Shown: piece by piece, positions 1 to 9,216 of the stretch
Layout: the number at the start of each line of letters is the position of its first letter
Numbering within the stretch: position 1 is the first letter of the stretch
Origin: an uncultured virus (IMG/VR IMGVR_UViG_3300025769_000078)
Lineage: Duplodnaviria; Heunggongvirae; Uroviricota; Caudoviricetes
Length of the DNA stretch: 64,000 bases
Direction: 5' to 3' (one strand)
Virus record (IMG/VR): IMGVR_UViG_3300025769_000078
Position numbers and translations under genes: made by a program
The notes under the pieces: generated by a model
What the model saw: only the letters and a program-made list of their open reading frames with translations
Told to the model about the DNA's origin: nothing
The model's database searches: none

Positions 1-226
1 TTTGTGTTCGACTGTATTTGTACAAGCGCTCCGATGCTTCTTGATACATAGTCTCAGGTATGTCCTTGTCGTTGGCTAAGAACCACGACATCTGTTTGAA
101 GAATGGAGCGTCACCTGCATTCGGGCCAATGTTATCCAACTCACCATCCACATGGACTGCGTTGAACTGTCGGATGAGTTCGCTCATCACTGCTGTCGTT
201 ACTAATTTCTTGCTTTGCTTTACCAT
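1..226 (-). CDS. Partial ORF running off the window start (MVKQSKKLVTTAVMSELIRQF...); hypothetical, loosely resembles the N-terminal domain of some viral SNF2-type helicases
   Basis: Translated by hand: ATG at 226, GGTGA RBS and TATA element upstream, open to position 1. Absent from the ORF track because it has no stop. The helicase resemblance is only a weak motif impression. Confidence 0.6.
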   Translation of the reverse strand, partial: MVKQSKKLVTTAVMSELIRQFNAVHVDGELDNIGPNAGDAPFFKQMSWFLANDKDIPETMYQEASERLYKYSRTQ

Positions 227-252
227 TGTAATCACCTTTGTCTACTATGTTC

Positions 253-266
253 CTTTATATATCAAC
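253..266 (-). promoter_or_regulatory. Archaeal TATA-box promoter element GTTGATATATAAAG (copy 1)
   Basis: Identical 14-mer also at 915-928 and 2772-2785; lies upstream of a GGTGA RBS and the ATG at 226. Confidence 0.8.
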
Positions 267-268
267 CC

Positions 269-511
269 TCAGTTGCTTGCGTCCTTACCGAACTCCCTGC
301 GCTTGTCTATCTTGCGCTTGACAATGCCGACTTCAGTGTCCTTCTTCACACCCATCCATCCGTTCTTGTAGATTTCAGCGACGGTAGCCACAGCCTCAGC
401 CATGCTCATGTAGATGGCGTAGATGTTGGTCGGTGCTATGTCTGAGATATGGCGAGAGTAAGGATAGCACGAGTCAGCAGGATAGGACATGACTATGTAG
501 ACGAACTCCAT
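269..511 (-). CDS. Hypothetical protein (80 aa)
   Basis: Start overlaps the stop of the upstream minus-strand gene (TGATG coupling); GAGGTGA upstream. Confidence 0.65.
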   Translation of the reverse strand: MEFVYIVMSYPADSCYPYSRHISDIAPTNIYAIYMSMAEAVATVAEIYKNGWMGVKKDTEVGIVKRKIDKRREFGKDASN

Positions 512-894
512 CAGTAGTCACCTCTGTCATCCAAGTGGTGGTCGCCAATCGAATCCTCATACATGAGAACGTCAGTCACTGAATCCCACTCGGCTCGTAT
601 CTGAACCACTGGTGCAAAGTCATCAACAGAGACTGGCTCAGGGTCAGGCTGTGTGAATGCCCACTCAGGAATGTCAGGTTCTCCATCAATGTCAAAGGCA
701 TAAGCAGGTATGAGAATCATGTCGGCTTCAGCATCAAAGCATGACATGTGACATACCACTTGGGGAGTCATTGTCTCAGTGTCAATCACGTCGATGAATC
801 CAGTAGCAGAGTATGGCTCACCACAGGTGAGGCAACACATCAGAGGGTTTCCATCGTTATCAGTCGGTTCGGTTATCATGGCATCGGTTTCCAT
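511..894 (-). CDS. Small acidic protein with a possible Zn site (CCLTC...CHMSC)
   Basis: Track start 927 lies inside the TATA element; ATG at 894 is ~22 nt downstream of it, consistent with a leaderless transcript. Confidence 0.65.
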   Translation of the reverse strand: METDAMITEPTDNDGNPLMCCLTCGEPYSATGFIDVIDTETMTPQVVCHMSCFDAEADMILIPAYAFDIDGEPDIPEWAFTQPDPEPVSVDDFAPVVQIRAEWDSVTDVLMYEDSIGDHHLDDRGDY

Positions 895-914
895 GAAAGG
901 ACTGGGAAGTGTTG

Positions 915-928
915 CTTTATATATCAAC
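915..928 (-). promoter_or_regulatory. Archaeal TATA-box promoter element GTTGATATATAAAG (copy 2)
   Basis: Exact repeat of the 14-mer, ~22 nt before ATG 894. Confidence 0.8.
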
Positions 929-991
929 CAATCTCAGTCTATTGATTTGTCTCAGAACTACAGCGCTTGCGTACTGTATGTAAGTCAAGAC

Positions 992-1339
992 TTACTCAAG
1001 GTTACAGAACTTACAGCCGTTGCTTACTGGTGGTGGTGGTGCTGTCCACTCAAGTGCATCATACTCTTCTTGAGTTAGGTCGCTGAGACATGGTGCAACA
1101 GGCGCAAAGTCTCTGTCCCTTATCTTGAGCGCCCATGACAGAGCAGTGATGATGTCATCGGTGACATGCTCAAAGGGATGCGTGAGATACTCTTCCTTGC
1201 TATCAATCACGAACTGCTCAAGCCTATGCAAAGCATCACCTACGTCTTGGCTGTCAATCAAGTCATGCTCTGTGAGGTCTGTTATCCATGCCACGTTTGC
1301 GACCCATTCATCTTCAAGTGTTGGTGCTTCTTCTACCAT
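992..1339 (-). CDS. Hypothetical acidic protein (115 aa)
   Basis: Minus-strand ORF; TTTAATA box ~20 nt upstream of the ATG. Confidence 0.6.
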   Translation of the reverse strand: MVEEAPTLEDEWVANVAWITDLTEHDLIDSQDVGDALHRLEQFVIDSKEEYLTHPFEHVTDDIITALSWALKIRDRDFAPVAPCLSDLTQEEYDALEWTAPPPPVSNGCKFCNLE

Positions 1340-1410
1340 GAACGTGCTACTGCGTGCCAGTATTAAAGGATTTGAGGATAATGACCAAAGGCATACGCAA
1401 GGAGTCTGAC

Positions 1411-1506
1411 TTGTCCGACTTGTCTTGTGTCTTGTTTAGACTAAGATATATTCTGATATTGTCTTGTATAATGTCTGAATAATACAACGGACAACTTAGA
1501 CAACAC
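1411..1506. repeat. Intergenic ~95-bp quasi-palindromic element, copy A
   Basis: TTGTCCGACTTGTC...AT-rich core...AATACAACGGACAACT-GACAACAC; second copy at 12766-12853. Confidence 0.85.
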
Positions 1507-1832
1507 CACTACTTCACGTCTATGCGATAGATGTCTATGCAAACTATACGTTCTATGCGTATACTATAGGGGCGTGAAGAAAAGCATGGCTGTATCACAG
1601 CAACCGAATCGCAGGTGCGAGGTATATATCAGGAGGCTTAGGGAGTGTGCCTCTCTCGCAGTCGAGACGTATTGAAAATGAATGAGAGGTCACTGATGTT
1701 ACCACCCGTATGGATAGGATGGAACGAGAGGGGTATCGCATCCCCCCGCCGAAGGCGGGGGCAAGACGGCGCTTAGCCGTCTCCGAGCGAAGCGAGCCGC
1801 TGGGCTGGCGTGCGTAACAAGGCTCGGAGGCC

Positions 1833-1900
1833 AAAAAAAAAGCCCCCCACACGGCCTGAACCGTGTGAGGGGCGACGACTCACACCGTATCAGGTGTGAG
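1833..1900 (-). terminator. Double hairpin plus T9 tract; intrinsic-type terminator for the upstream minus-strand gene
   Basis: Minus strand reads GCCCCTCACACGG-loop-CCGTGTGGGGGGC then TTTTTTTTT, preceded by a CTCACACC/GGTGTGAG hairpin; ~30 nt after the stop at 1931. Confidence 0.75.
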
Positions 1901-1930
1901 GTTGCGACTACAGCGCTACTGCAAGCCTAC

Positions 1931-2737
1931 TCAGAGGGCGCTGAGTGCGTCGATGACGGAAGCCAACTTTGCCTTCTTCATCTTCTTGGCGGAAGCCTTG
2001 TCGATGCCGAGAGCAACTGCTTGCTCGACCAACTCAGCCTTGGTGACCTTGGCGGAAACGGTGGACTGAGTGGCTACTGGGGCAGGGGTTGAGGTTGCCT
2101 GAGCGTCACGGGTGTCCTGAGCAGTTGGTGCGTCAGTTGCGCCTTGTCGAACATGGGAGAGTGCCATGTCCTTGAGTTCGCCCTTGTTTGCACGAGTGCT
2201 CCAGTTCTCATCGACGTTGGTACGAAGGTAAGCGCTGACTGCCTTGCGTCGGCTTGGGAACGGCTTGAGTTCGGTGGTGTCCTTGACGAACACACCGTCA
2301 GCATACCACTGCTTGCCACCTGCGACGGCTTCCGCAACACGCTGAGCCTTGCGAGCAGACTTGAGGGTTCGACGGAAGGCGTTGAGTTGCTTGACCACAA
2401 TCAACTTCTCCTTGTTCGAGTAGACGGATGTGGCAACGAATGCCTTACCGAGAGCCTTGCGACCCATCTTCGATGGCTCACCCATGTCTTTGCAGTCGGT
2501 GCGGTCAGCACACAACTCAAGCACATCGACGGCGAAGGTGGTTACCTCAGCGAGTGTGTAGGTCATCGGTTGTTCGGTCATCGGCACACCTTGCGATGCA
2601 TCGAGGTTGAAGGCAGTGGTGAACGATTGCTTGCGTGACTGCAAGAATGTTCCCACCTCCTTGAGCATGGGGGTCGCTGTGGACTCCCATGTGGCGTTCT
2701 GTGTTTGGGCTACGTTAGTTCGGTTTGCGTTTGGCAT
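1931..2737 (-). CDS. Basic Ala/Lys-rich protein with a C-terminal Rho-N/HeH-like helical motif; probable early nucleic-acid-binding protein
   Basis: GGAGGAG RBS before ATG 2737 (track start 2764); C-terminus KVTKAELVEQAVALGIDKASAKKMKKAKL; own promoter and terminator. Confidence 0.7.
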   Translation of the reverse strand: MPNANRTNVAQTQNATWESTATPMLKEVGTFLQSRKQSFTTAFNLDASQGVPMTEQPMTYTLAEVTTFAVDVLELCADRTDCKDMGEPSKMGRKALGKAFVATSVYSNKEKLIVVKQLNAFRRTLKSARKAQRVAEAVAGGKQWYADGVFVKDTTELKPFPSRRKAVSAYLRTNVDENWSTRANKGELKDMALSHVRQGATDAPTAQDTRDAQATSTPAPVATQSTVSAKVTKAELVEQAVALGIDKASAKKMKKAKLASVIDALSAL

Positions 2738-2771
2738 AACTTTCTCCTCCTTGCGAGAGAACATACTATTC

Positions 2772-2785
2772 CTTTATATATCAAC
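2772..2785 (-). promoter_or_regulatory. Archaeal TATA-box promoter element GTTGATATATAAAG (copy 3)
   Basis: Exact repeat of the 14-mer upstream of the GGAGGAG RBS. Confidence 0.8.
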
Positions 2786-2800
2786 ATCAATGTCCCGCTG

Positions 2801-3299
2801 GTTACGCAGCAAAGGTAACGTGCGAAGGAGGATGGCAAAGGCCATCCGTATGGGTGGGGTTAAGGGCGCAAGGCTTACGGCATGGCGCTGAAGCATGGAA
2901 CAGCGTAACGCTCCGCATCAGCAAGAGGCATGGTATAAAGCAACACTGCGTTGCTATATGCTGAGCAGTGCCACGGTCTATAGAGCACCACGCTGAGCGC
3001 CATGCTGATGAGCATGAGGCAAGCCCTGCTCGGAGCGCAACGCTCCGTTGGAGCGTGGCGCTCCTCACTACAGGCGAGTTGCTTGTTACGCCGAACCCCT
3101 TGCGTGGGAGCGTGAGGCTATGGCTTGCAGTGCCTTGTTACGCCCCTTGTTACGCAGGGCTTAGGCGGAGCGATGTAGTTACGCCCCTTAGTTACGCTTC
3201 TTATGACCACGCACAGCGCTCCAGCAAAAAAAAATTTAACAAAAAAATTGACCTCTGCGCTGTCCTTTGATTACCGCATAATTGATAGGTTAGTTACGC
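2801..3299. repeat. GTTACGC heptamer cluster and A-tracts at the strand switch
   Basis: GTTACGC at 2801, 3085, 3137, 3149, 3178, 3191 and 3293; inverted copy at 2903; A-tracts at 3226-3247. Confidence 0.8.
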
Positions 3300-3311
3300 A
3301 TGGGACGAGAT

Positions 3312-4214
3312 ATGTCTGACGCTTTTGGCTATGCATTCTCTGTCCTTAAAGCCAACCAAGCGCAGCAAGTTGTAGACCCGTATGGTCATAATGTAAAGAC
3401 TATTCACCCCGCTATCGCAGGGATGATGCAGCGTCGTGGAACATTCCAACCTGAAGGTCAAAGAATGCATAATCCAAGAAGACCACCAAATTCACACATA
3501 TACATTGACCCAGTAGAACCACCTGAAGGTTTCCTACAAGGTGGATGGAAGTCAAGCCAGCGCCCTCAGTCTGATTTAACAATGAATGACTACTTTCCTC
3601 ATGAGTTAGATGCGGGATATGCAACTCCTGAAGAACAGGCAGCAGCGCTTGAAGATATTTTCTATCATAGAGAGCCAAGATTCAAGCCAACAGTTCCCGG
3701 TTATGCCCCTGACCCTCATGGTTCGGCATTCGCTAAAGCCATTCAGCCTTCACAACAAGAAGACCCAAACATGCCTAAAGGACGGCGACATCACGCAAAC
3801 TTAGAGCGTCAGAAAGATATTCACACTGGTTTTCCTTTTGGAATGATACGAGGCCCAATGCGAATGACACGGAGATTTGACCCTCCTTCTGTGCCAGTGC
3901 CAAAGGGACATTACCCTCTACCACCGCCTACACCTATGCCTCATCGCCCTATGAATGTCGGCCCAATTTCAACGAGTCGAACCCTACCTCCAAACCCTGC
4001 TCAAATGCCTCCCGGTGCTGATGCTCCGAGTAGGCGAGAAGCGGGAGGCGGCGCACCAGTTGCTCCAGCACCACCACGACCTGTGAGCCAAGAGAATCCG
4101 TTTGTGCATGACGTGCGCCCTGACATGCCATTATCTGATGACCAAATAGAAATGCTTGCTGACGAGTTCCGCATCCCAATCGAAAAAGCATGGAGTCACT
4201 TGCGAAACAGGTGA
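3312..4214 (+). CDS. Pro-rich hypothetical protein with an N-terminal AFxxAFxxLK tag
   Basis: Long ORF beginning MSDAFGYAFSVLKA (alternative start 3300). Confidence 0.75.
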   Translation: MSDAFGYAFSVLKANQAQQVVDPYGHNVKTIHPAIAGMMQRRGTFQPEGQRMHNPRRPPNSHIYIDPVEPPEGFLQGGWKSSQRPQSDLTMNDYFPHELDAGYATPEEQAAALEDIFYHREPRFKPTVPGYAPDPHGSAFAKAIQPSQQEDPNMPKGRRHHANLERQKDIHTGFPFGMIRGPMRMTRRFDPPSVPVPKGHYPLPPPTPMPHRPMNVGPISTSRTLPPNPAQMPPGADAPSRREAGGGAPVAPAPPRPVSQENPFVHDVRPDMPLSDDQIEMLADEFRIPIEKAWSHLRNR

Positions 4215-4220
4215 TGAAAT

Positions 4221-6836
4221 GTGTCAGCCTTTAACATCGCTTACAATCTGTTGAAAGCAAAGACTCCTTTTAGACAAAAAGCGTCCGGGCAAGACAGCCA
4301 CAGAACCCCAACCTCAGATGAGTTGGCTCAATATGCCTCTCTGTGGTCTTTTCCGACAGATGATGGAAAGCCTGATGAGCCAGCAGAAGACGTGCCTCTA
4401 AAACAAAAATTGCAGGGCATGGACACTTTTATTGACGATGAAACCTCTTCTGAAAAAGCATCGAGGATGCGTCGGAATTTAATGCCAGCAGAAGACGTGC
4501 CTCTAAAAGAAGGGAGAGACGAGCCAATTCGCACAGACAGCGGTGCGTATCGTCATGTAGAAGTTTATCCCAACAGAGCGATAAAATTTGCACAAGACAG
4601 GAGCAGGGGTGGTAGGGCTGCTCCTAAGTCCGACATAGCCATATCGCACGCACTTGCATCGCTTGGTTACCCTATCGTGCCTGAATACCCAATGGCACAT
4701 GACAGAGAGTGGGGTTTAGGGGAAGTATATCCATTAGAGCAAAAAACAATCGACTTGGACATGCGACCATCAATGAAAGACGCTTATGTGGCTCTGTTAA
4801 ACGACCCTGAAACGGCACGTCGTCTTAACCTCTCTCCTAAAGTGCCACGCACGTCACTCTTAGAGTATCTTGCTCGACCTCACAGGACATACATGGGTGA
4901 TGAAGAGACACCAGCAATCAATGCAGAACAATCAGAAGCATTAAGAGAAAAATTAACCGAGTTGCGAGACAAACGTGGTCGAGATGTTCAAGCGATGCAT
5001 GGTGAGTTTGAAGATTACCTACCAAGTGCATTGGATATAACTGATTTGCACGATTACAACATAGGTCGTGACCCTGATGACCCATCAAAATTTGTTACCT
5101 TTGACCCGATGTATGGTAGGTCACGACGAATGCAAAGTATAGGTCGAATGCTTCGGGACGCTACCTCAATAAATGATATTGGTATTGGCAACGAAGCCGC
5201 ATCACAATACGCCCCTGCATACAGAGACTTCTACCGAGCAAAGCATATGAATCCAATGCAGTTTGATAACTTTACTCAACTCTATAGAGACACGGACATA
5301 TTTGAGCCGTGGGAAAAACAGGCTGAAGAAACAATACATAATCCTAATTTTTACCCTGAAGATATGGTCAGCCAAGACTCATATAACCGACAAAGAGAGC
5401 AAAATAGAAGATTGCAAGCAAATGATGACGCTCGATACAAAGAAACAGGTGACTTCTTGAACTTCATCAACGTCCCTGATGAGCAAAGACGGTTGTTTGA
5501 ATACGACACAGGGTCACACGGCAGACTATATCGAAACATGCTTGAGGGTTTACAAAGTAAAAATTTGAAACCGTATGTTCCACCACAGCAGTTCCGAGAC
5601 TTCAGAGAAGGTGGCCCAAGCCCAGTTCAAAAAAGTGAAGATACACCCTCTTCGATGCCATACAAATACGATGATGATGTCAGACCTTTGGTTTGGGATG
5701 GTAGAAAATTTGTCTATAGAGCCAAGGACGTAGACCCAATGGGTGAAGAAAATCAAGGTTTTGAAACTGGTGGGGCAAACAGATTTGCGCTTGTTGGTCA
5801 CGACTCTGTTGAAAAATATCCTCATGGTTGGGGTAGAGCCGAAAACAAGAAAGACCTCGCTATCTTTAACGCACTTGCATCGCTTGGTTATCCCATTGTT
5901 CCTGAACAACCTATGGCTTTTGACAAAAGCCCTCGATTCTTTCCAACTCGACAAGACAAAACAAAGACGGACATGATTGACAATTATGCACAACATATTT
6001 CACATGCTAAAGAAAATTTTGAAGAAGAGCATGGAGAAGAGATGCCTCAAGCATTACAATCACATTACAAACGACAAAACAAAAATCTTCGTGGAGACTT
6101 AGATGATTTAAGGCGAGTGTTTGAAAGGAGTCCATTAACACATACGCTCGATATAGGTGACATAAAATTTGGTAACGTAGGATATGACGATAAGGGTAAC
6201 ATGGTTACATTTGACCCATATCTTGGTTCAACATCAAGATTACCTGAATTTGGTCAAATGTTAGACCACATGGCTGCGCCCATACAAGGCACTTCAGGCA
6301 CACATTATCCAAATCGTGACAGACCTGATTACAGGGGAACTGCCCCCGAAAAAAGAGCAGCAGACCAAGCGTTTCTCTATCAAGGATTCCAAAGAGTGCC
6401 TCAAATGCAAAAAGACTCGTTTCGACAACTTTACCATGACCAAGAGCAATTTTCACCGTGGCAAGCCGCTGAACAAAAATTGTTTTCAGACCCTGAAGCG
6501 TTTGGAGAGCACGCCCCAACAAAAAGACAAAGAGAGCAAATGATGGGAACGATAGACAGAGACGATGCTGCATACAAACAAACAGGTCGTGCTATTGACT
6601 TCTTGACCACACCGCCTGAACAAAAACGTCTGTTTGAGTTTGGAAACAACGCACATGCACAAAGATACCGTAACATGCTAAACTCGTTACAAAGTGAAAT
6701 AAGACATCCAAACAGTACAACTAATTGGTTACCCCCTGTAGGAGAAACTGATTTTCCTACACCGCAAGAACTTCCCAACGTAGATGAACTTCTTGATAAA
6801 TTCAGAGAACTTCCACGCAACCAATACACTCCCTAA
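4221..6836 (+). CDS. Tagged protein with two tandem protein-kinase-like domains
   Basis: SGAYR..IKF..DLHDYN..FDP and GGANR..EKY..DIKFGN..FDP; duplicated ALASLGYPIVPE and LFE(Y/F)...YRNML..LQS. Confidence 0.7.
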   Translation: MSAFNIAYNLLKAKTPFRQKASGQDSHRTPTSDELAQYASLWSFPTDDGKPDEPAEDVPLKQKLQGMDTFIDDETSSEKASRMRRNLMPAEDVPLKEGRDEPIRTDSGAYRHVEVYPNRAIKFAQDRSRGGRAAPKSDIAISHALASLGYPIVPEYPMAHDREWGLGEVYPLEQKTIDLDMRPSMKDAYVALLNDPETARRLNLSPKVPRTSLLEYLARPHRTYMGDEETPAINAEQSEALREKLTELRDKRGRDVQAMHGEFEDYLPSALDITDLHDYNIGRDPDDPSKFVTFDPMYGRSRRMQSIGRMLRDATSINDIGIGNEAASQYAPAYRDFYRAKHMNPMQFDNFTQLYRDTDIFEPWEKQAEETIHNPNFYPEDMVSQDSYNRQREQNRRLQANDDARYKETGDFLNFINVPDEQRRLFEYDTGSHGRLYRNMLEGLQSKNLKPYVPPQQFRDFREGGPSPVQKSEDTPSSMPYKYDDDVRPLVWDGRKFVYRAKDVDPMGEENQGFETGGANRFALVGHDSVEKYPHGWGRAENKKDLAIFNALASLGYPIVPEQPMAFDKSPRFFPTRQDKTKTDMIDNYAQHISHAKENFEEEHGEEMPQALQSHYKRQNKNLRGDLDDLRRVFERSPLTHTLDIGDIKFGNVGYDDKGNMVTFDPYLGSTSRLPEFGQMLDHMAAPIQGTSGTHYPNRDRPDYRGTAPEKRAADQAFLYQGFQRVPQMQKDSFRQLYHDQEQFSPWQAAEQKLFSDPEAFGEHAPTKRQREQMMGTIDRDDAAYKQTGRAIDFLTTPPEQKRLFEFGNNAHAQRYRNMLNSLQSEIRHPNSTTNWLPPVGETDFPTPQELPNVDELLDKFRELPRNQYTP

Positions 6837-6874
6837 CCGCTATTCTTTTATCAAGCAACACCGTGGGAAGACTG

Positions 6875-7597
6875 ATGACCGCCTTTTCCGATGCGTTTTT
6901 TATTCTTAAAAATGAGCACCGTTTCGACCTACTCATAGACTCAGTGCTACGAAAAGGCAAGGCTGAGGATGCCATTGCTCTCCAGCAAATGCGTCAATTT
7001 GTTTTGGACAACGAAAACTCACCTGACCCAGCCATGCGCCAAGCGGCTGAAGACATGTATCAAAAACTCACACAGATGATGAGCCAGCGAAGAGGCGTTA
7101 CCCCAACACCAAAGCCCGAAGGCCCAGTTGGTGAAGGCGCTGAGATGACCGAGATGTCGCAACCTGCTATGCCTCCACAGCACCCAATGAAGAAGGCTTG
7201 GGATTCGTTAAGAAAAAATGTAGTCGGAATGGATTATAGCCAAAAAATACCTACTGAATACAATATGCCCCCAGCCGTAGCATCAATGGCACAACGCCCT
7301 CAAGTTCCTGAAACAACGCAACATACCACTACCTACCCAGCGCAAGGTTTGTTTAGCCGTTTTAGAGGGCCACAGTCTCAAACCTACAATCGAAGAACTG
7401 GTAATACGGTTTTAGGTGGGCCTACAACAATGGATGTTCAAGAAAATGCTCCGAATCCAATGGGGGAGCAATTTGGAGCAGGGCCAGCACCGGGCGCTCA
7501 GGTAGAGCGTATGCCTCATCCCGACCCTTATTCAGCATTTACTGGAATATCCACGCCATATACCCTTGCAAATGAGGAGAAAGGTTATCAATTTTGA
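6875..7597 (+). CDS. Hypothetical protein with two copies of the AW/AF-LK tag
   Basis: MTAFSDAFFILKN at the start and internal PMKKAWDSLRK. Confidence 0.75.
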   Translation: MTAFSDAFFILKNEHRFDLLIDSVLRKGKAEDAIALQQMRQFVLDNENSPDPAMRQAAEDMYQKLTQMMSQRRGVTPTPKPEGPVGEGAEMTEMSQPAMPPQHPMKKAWDSLRKNVVGMDYSQKIPTEYNMPPAVASMAQRPQVPETTQHTTTYPAQGLFSRFRGPQSQTYNRRTGNTVLGGPTTMDVQENAPNPMGEQFGAGPAPGAQVERMPHPDPYSAFTGISTPYTLANEEKGYQF

Positions 7598-7649
7598 TGT
7601 CGCCTCTTAAGCGATATGCTTTTGTTAATGGAGAGCGTGGCTTCGCTTA

Positions 7650-9212
7650 ATGCCGAGTGAAAACTACGACTTTGTGCCGTGGGATTCGCCCGACGATATT
7701 GAAAAATTTTTTGCTCCATTATTGACTGGAGCAAAGGCGCTGGGTGGTAAAGTGCTTAGCGCAGGGGCTAAACTTAACACAAAGCGTTTGGCGCTTAGAA
7801 ACAAGATTGGAGAAAAAATTGTCCCAGCCGCTAAGAATTTAATGACTGGGAAAAAAGAAGGGCCACTTGCCTCAAGCCCAGCAAGTGAGGCTGTTGAGTC
7901 GATGCCTTCAGCACCAGCGCCTGAAATGCCTGAGCCTGAGATGCCTGAAACTCCATCAGCGCCTGAGCCAACACAAGAAGCCAGTGGGTTCAATCCAAAG
8001 AAGAAAAAGAATCAAGCGATGCAGTTTGCATCGCAGTCGTTGGCAAACAGCCAACAACGCAAGCAAGCACAGGAACAGCGTGCCATTGAAATGGCTCGTC
8101 GTGGTTCAGAAGTTGGAAAAGCAGCGCCAATGGATATGGCTTGGCGACTTTTGAAAACTCGTAGCGAAAGCGAAGAAGACAGGATTAAGGGTAAATTTGA
8201 GAGGCTTCAAAGAAAAATTGAAAATAGAGACAAAGATGCTATGGAGCAATTAGAAACAAGCCCTGCAAAATCCTATCGAACAGACGCACCACCACAATCT
8301 ACACTTCCAATGCACCTACCGCTTAATCGTAATCTTCGTGATGCTATACGGAACAGAGATGATATGAAAATTGATAACCGTAATCATACGTTTACAAGAC
8401 TCATACCTGAAGGCCAAGCAAAAAGAGATTTTAGGGAAGGTTACGAAAAACGTATGCGCCTCTCAGAAGGAGCGCCAACAAAAGTCCGAGTTTTGAGCAC
8501 AGGTAATGATGGCCGTAGATTTGAATTAGTAGACGATGAAGGTAAAAGGTATGCAAAGGTAAGTGGACATAATCTTCATGACAAAGATACTCGGAGAATC
8601 CCTGACGTAACAAACACCATAGTTGGGTTAAACGCACATACTCCTGAAGAACATAGGCGAAGGGGTTACTACACAAATTTACTCGATACCATTCTTCAAA
8701 ACAAAATAGGCATTCAATCTGATAGTAGAAACGCACATATGTCTCAGCCGTTTCATGAAAAATTTCAACAACGACTACCAACAAACATAATGGCGGGTGG
8801 AGCAGAGTATGAAAAGTCAAAAACAATCCAAGAATCAAGAGATAGAACGAGTAACATGTATCGTTACGGCTTTGACCCTGAGTTTGAACAACAGGCTTTG
8901 GAAAATATCGACACAACAGGCTGGGGTGACTTGAAACCAATGTTTGGTAGTCAATACCCAATGTTTGGAACTGTAGATAAACCAACATCCTCACTACTAA
9001 GCACTGATGTTTCTCCTCGCTCGTCCATACAAGTTCAAGATAACACTGACCCTACAAGTCCCAGTGTTCGCTTTTACAGACAATCACAACTCACTGAGCC
9101 AAGATTTGACCCGAATTCTAAGAGCCTCAAAGATTTACAAGAAGAATCTCGTAAGAAGTTAGACGATGAATTTCAAATGAGTCGTGCAGAACTTGAAAGG
9201 ATGTTTGGGTGA
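7650..9212 (+). CDS. Modular protein: low-complexity N-terminus, internal tag, C-terminal GNAT acetyltransferase-like domain
   Basis: PMDMAWRLLK, then TPEEHRRRGYYTNLL (GNAT motif A-like) and SRNAHMSQPFHEKF; paralog of 9955-10986. Confidence 0.65.
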   Translation: MPSENYDFVPWDSPDDIEKFFAPLLTGAKALGGKVLSAGAKLNTKRLALRNKIGEKIVPAAKNLMTGKKEGPLASSPASEAVESMPSAPAPEMPEPEMPETPSAPEPTQEASGFNPKKKKNQAMQFASQSLANSQQRKQAQEQRAIEMARRGSEVGKAAPMDMAWRLLKTRSESEEDRIKGKFERLQRKIENRDKDAMEQLETSPAKSYRTDAPPQSTLPMHLPLNRNLRDAIRNRDDMKIDNRNHTFTRLIPEGQAKRDFREGYEKRMRLSEGAPTKVRVLSTGNDGRRFELVDDEGKRYAKVSGHNLHDKDTRRIPDVTNTIVGLNAHTPEEHRRRGYYTNLLDTILQNKIGIQSDSRNAHMSQPFHEKFQQRLPTNIMAGGAEYEKSKTIQESRDRTSNMYRYGFDPEFEQQALENIDTTGWGDLKPMFGSQYPMFGTVDKPTSSLLSTDVSPRSSIQVQDNTDPTSPSVRFYRQSQLTEPRFDPNSKSLKDLQEESRKKLDDEFQMSRAELERMFG

Positions 9213-9216
9213 TACC

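Noticed and set aside
1411..1506. Palindromic element as a MITE or IS end
   Set aside because: No target-site duplication is evident and there is no transposase in the window; kept only as an unexplained repeat.
1518..1570. Short TCTATGC repeats (three copies)
   Set aside because: Too short and too few to interpret independently of the adjacent element.
2802..3270. Track ORFs 2802-3068 (-) and 2968-3270 (+)
   Set aside because: They lie in GC-rich repetitive DNA, lack an RBS and have low-information translations; probably non-coding.
2801..3299. GTTACGC repeats as a CRISPR array
   Set aside because: Units are only 7 bp with irregular spacing; there are no 25-40 bp repeats, regular spacers or cas genes.
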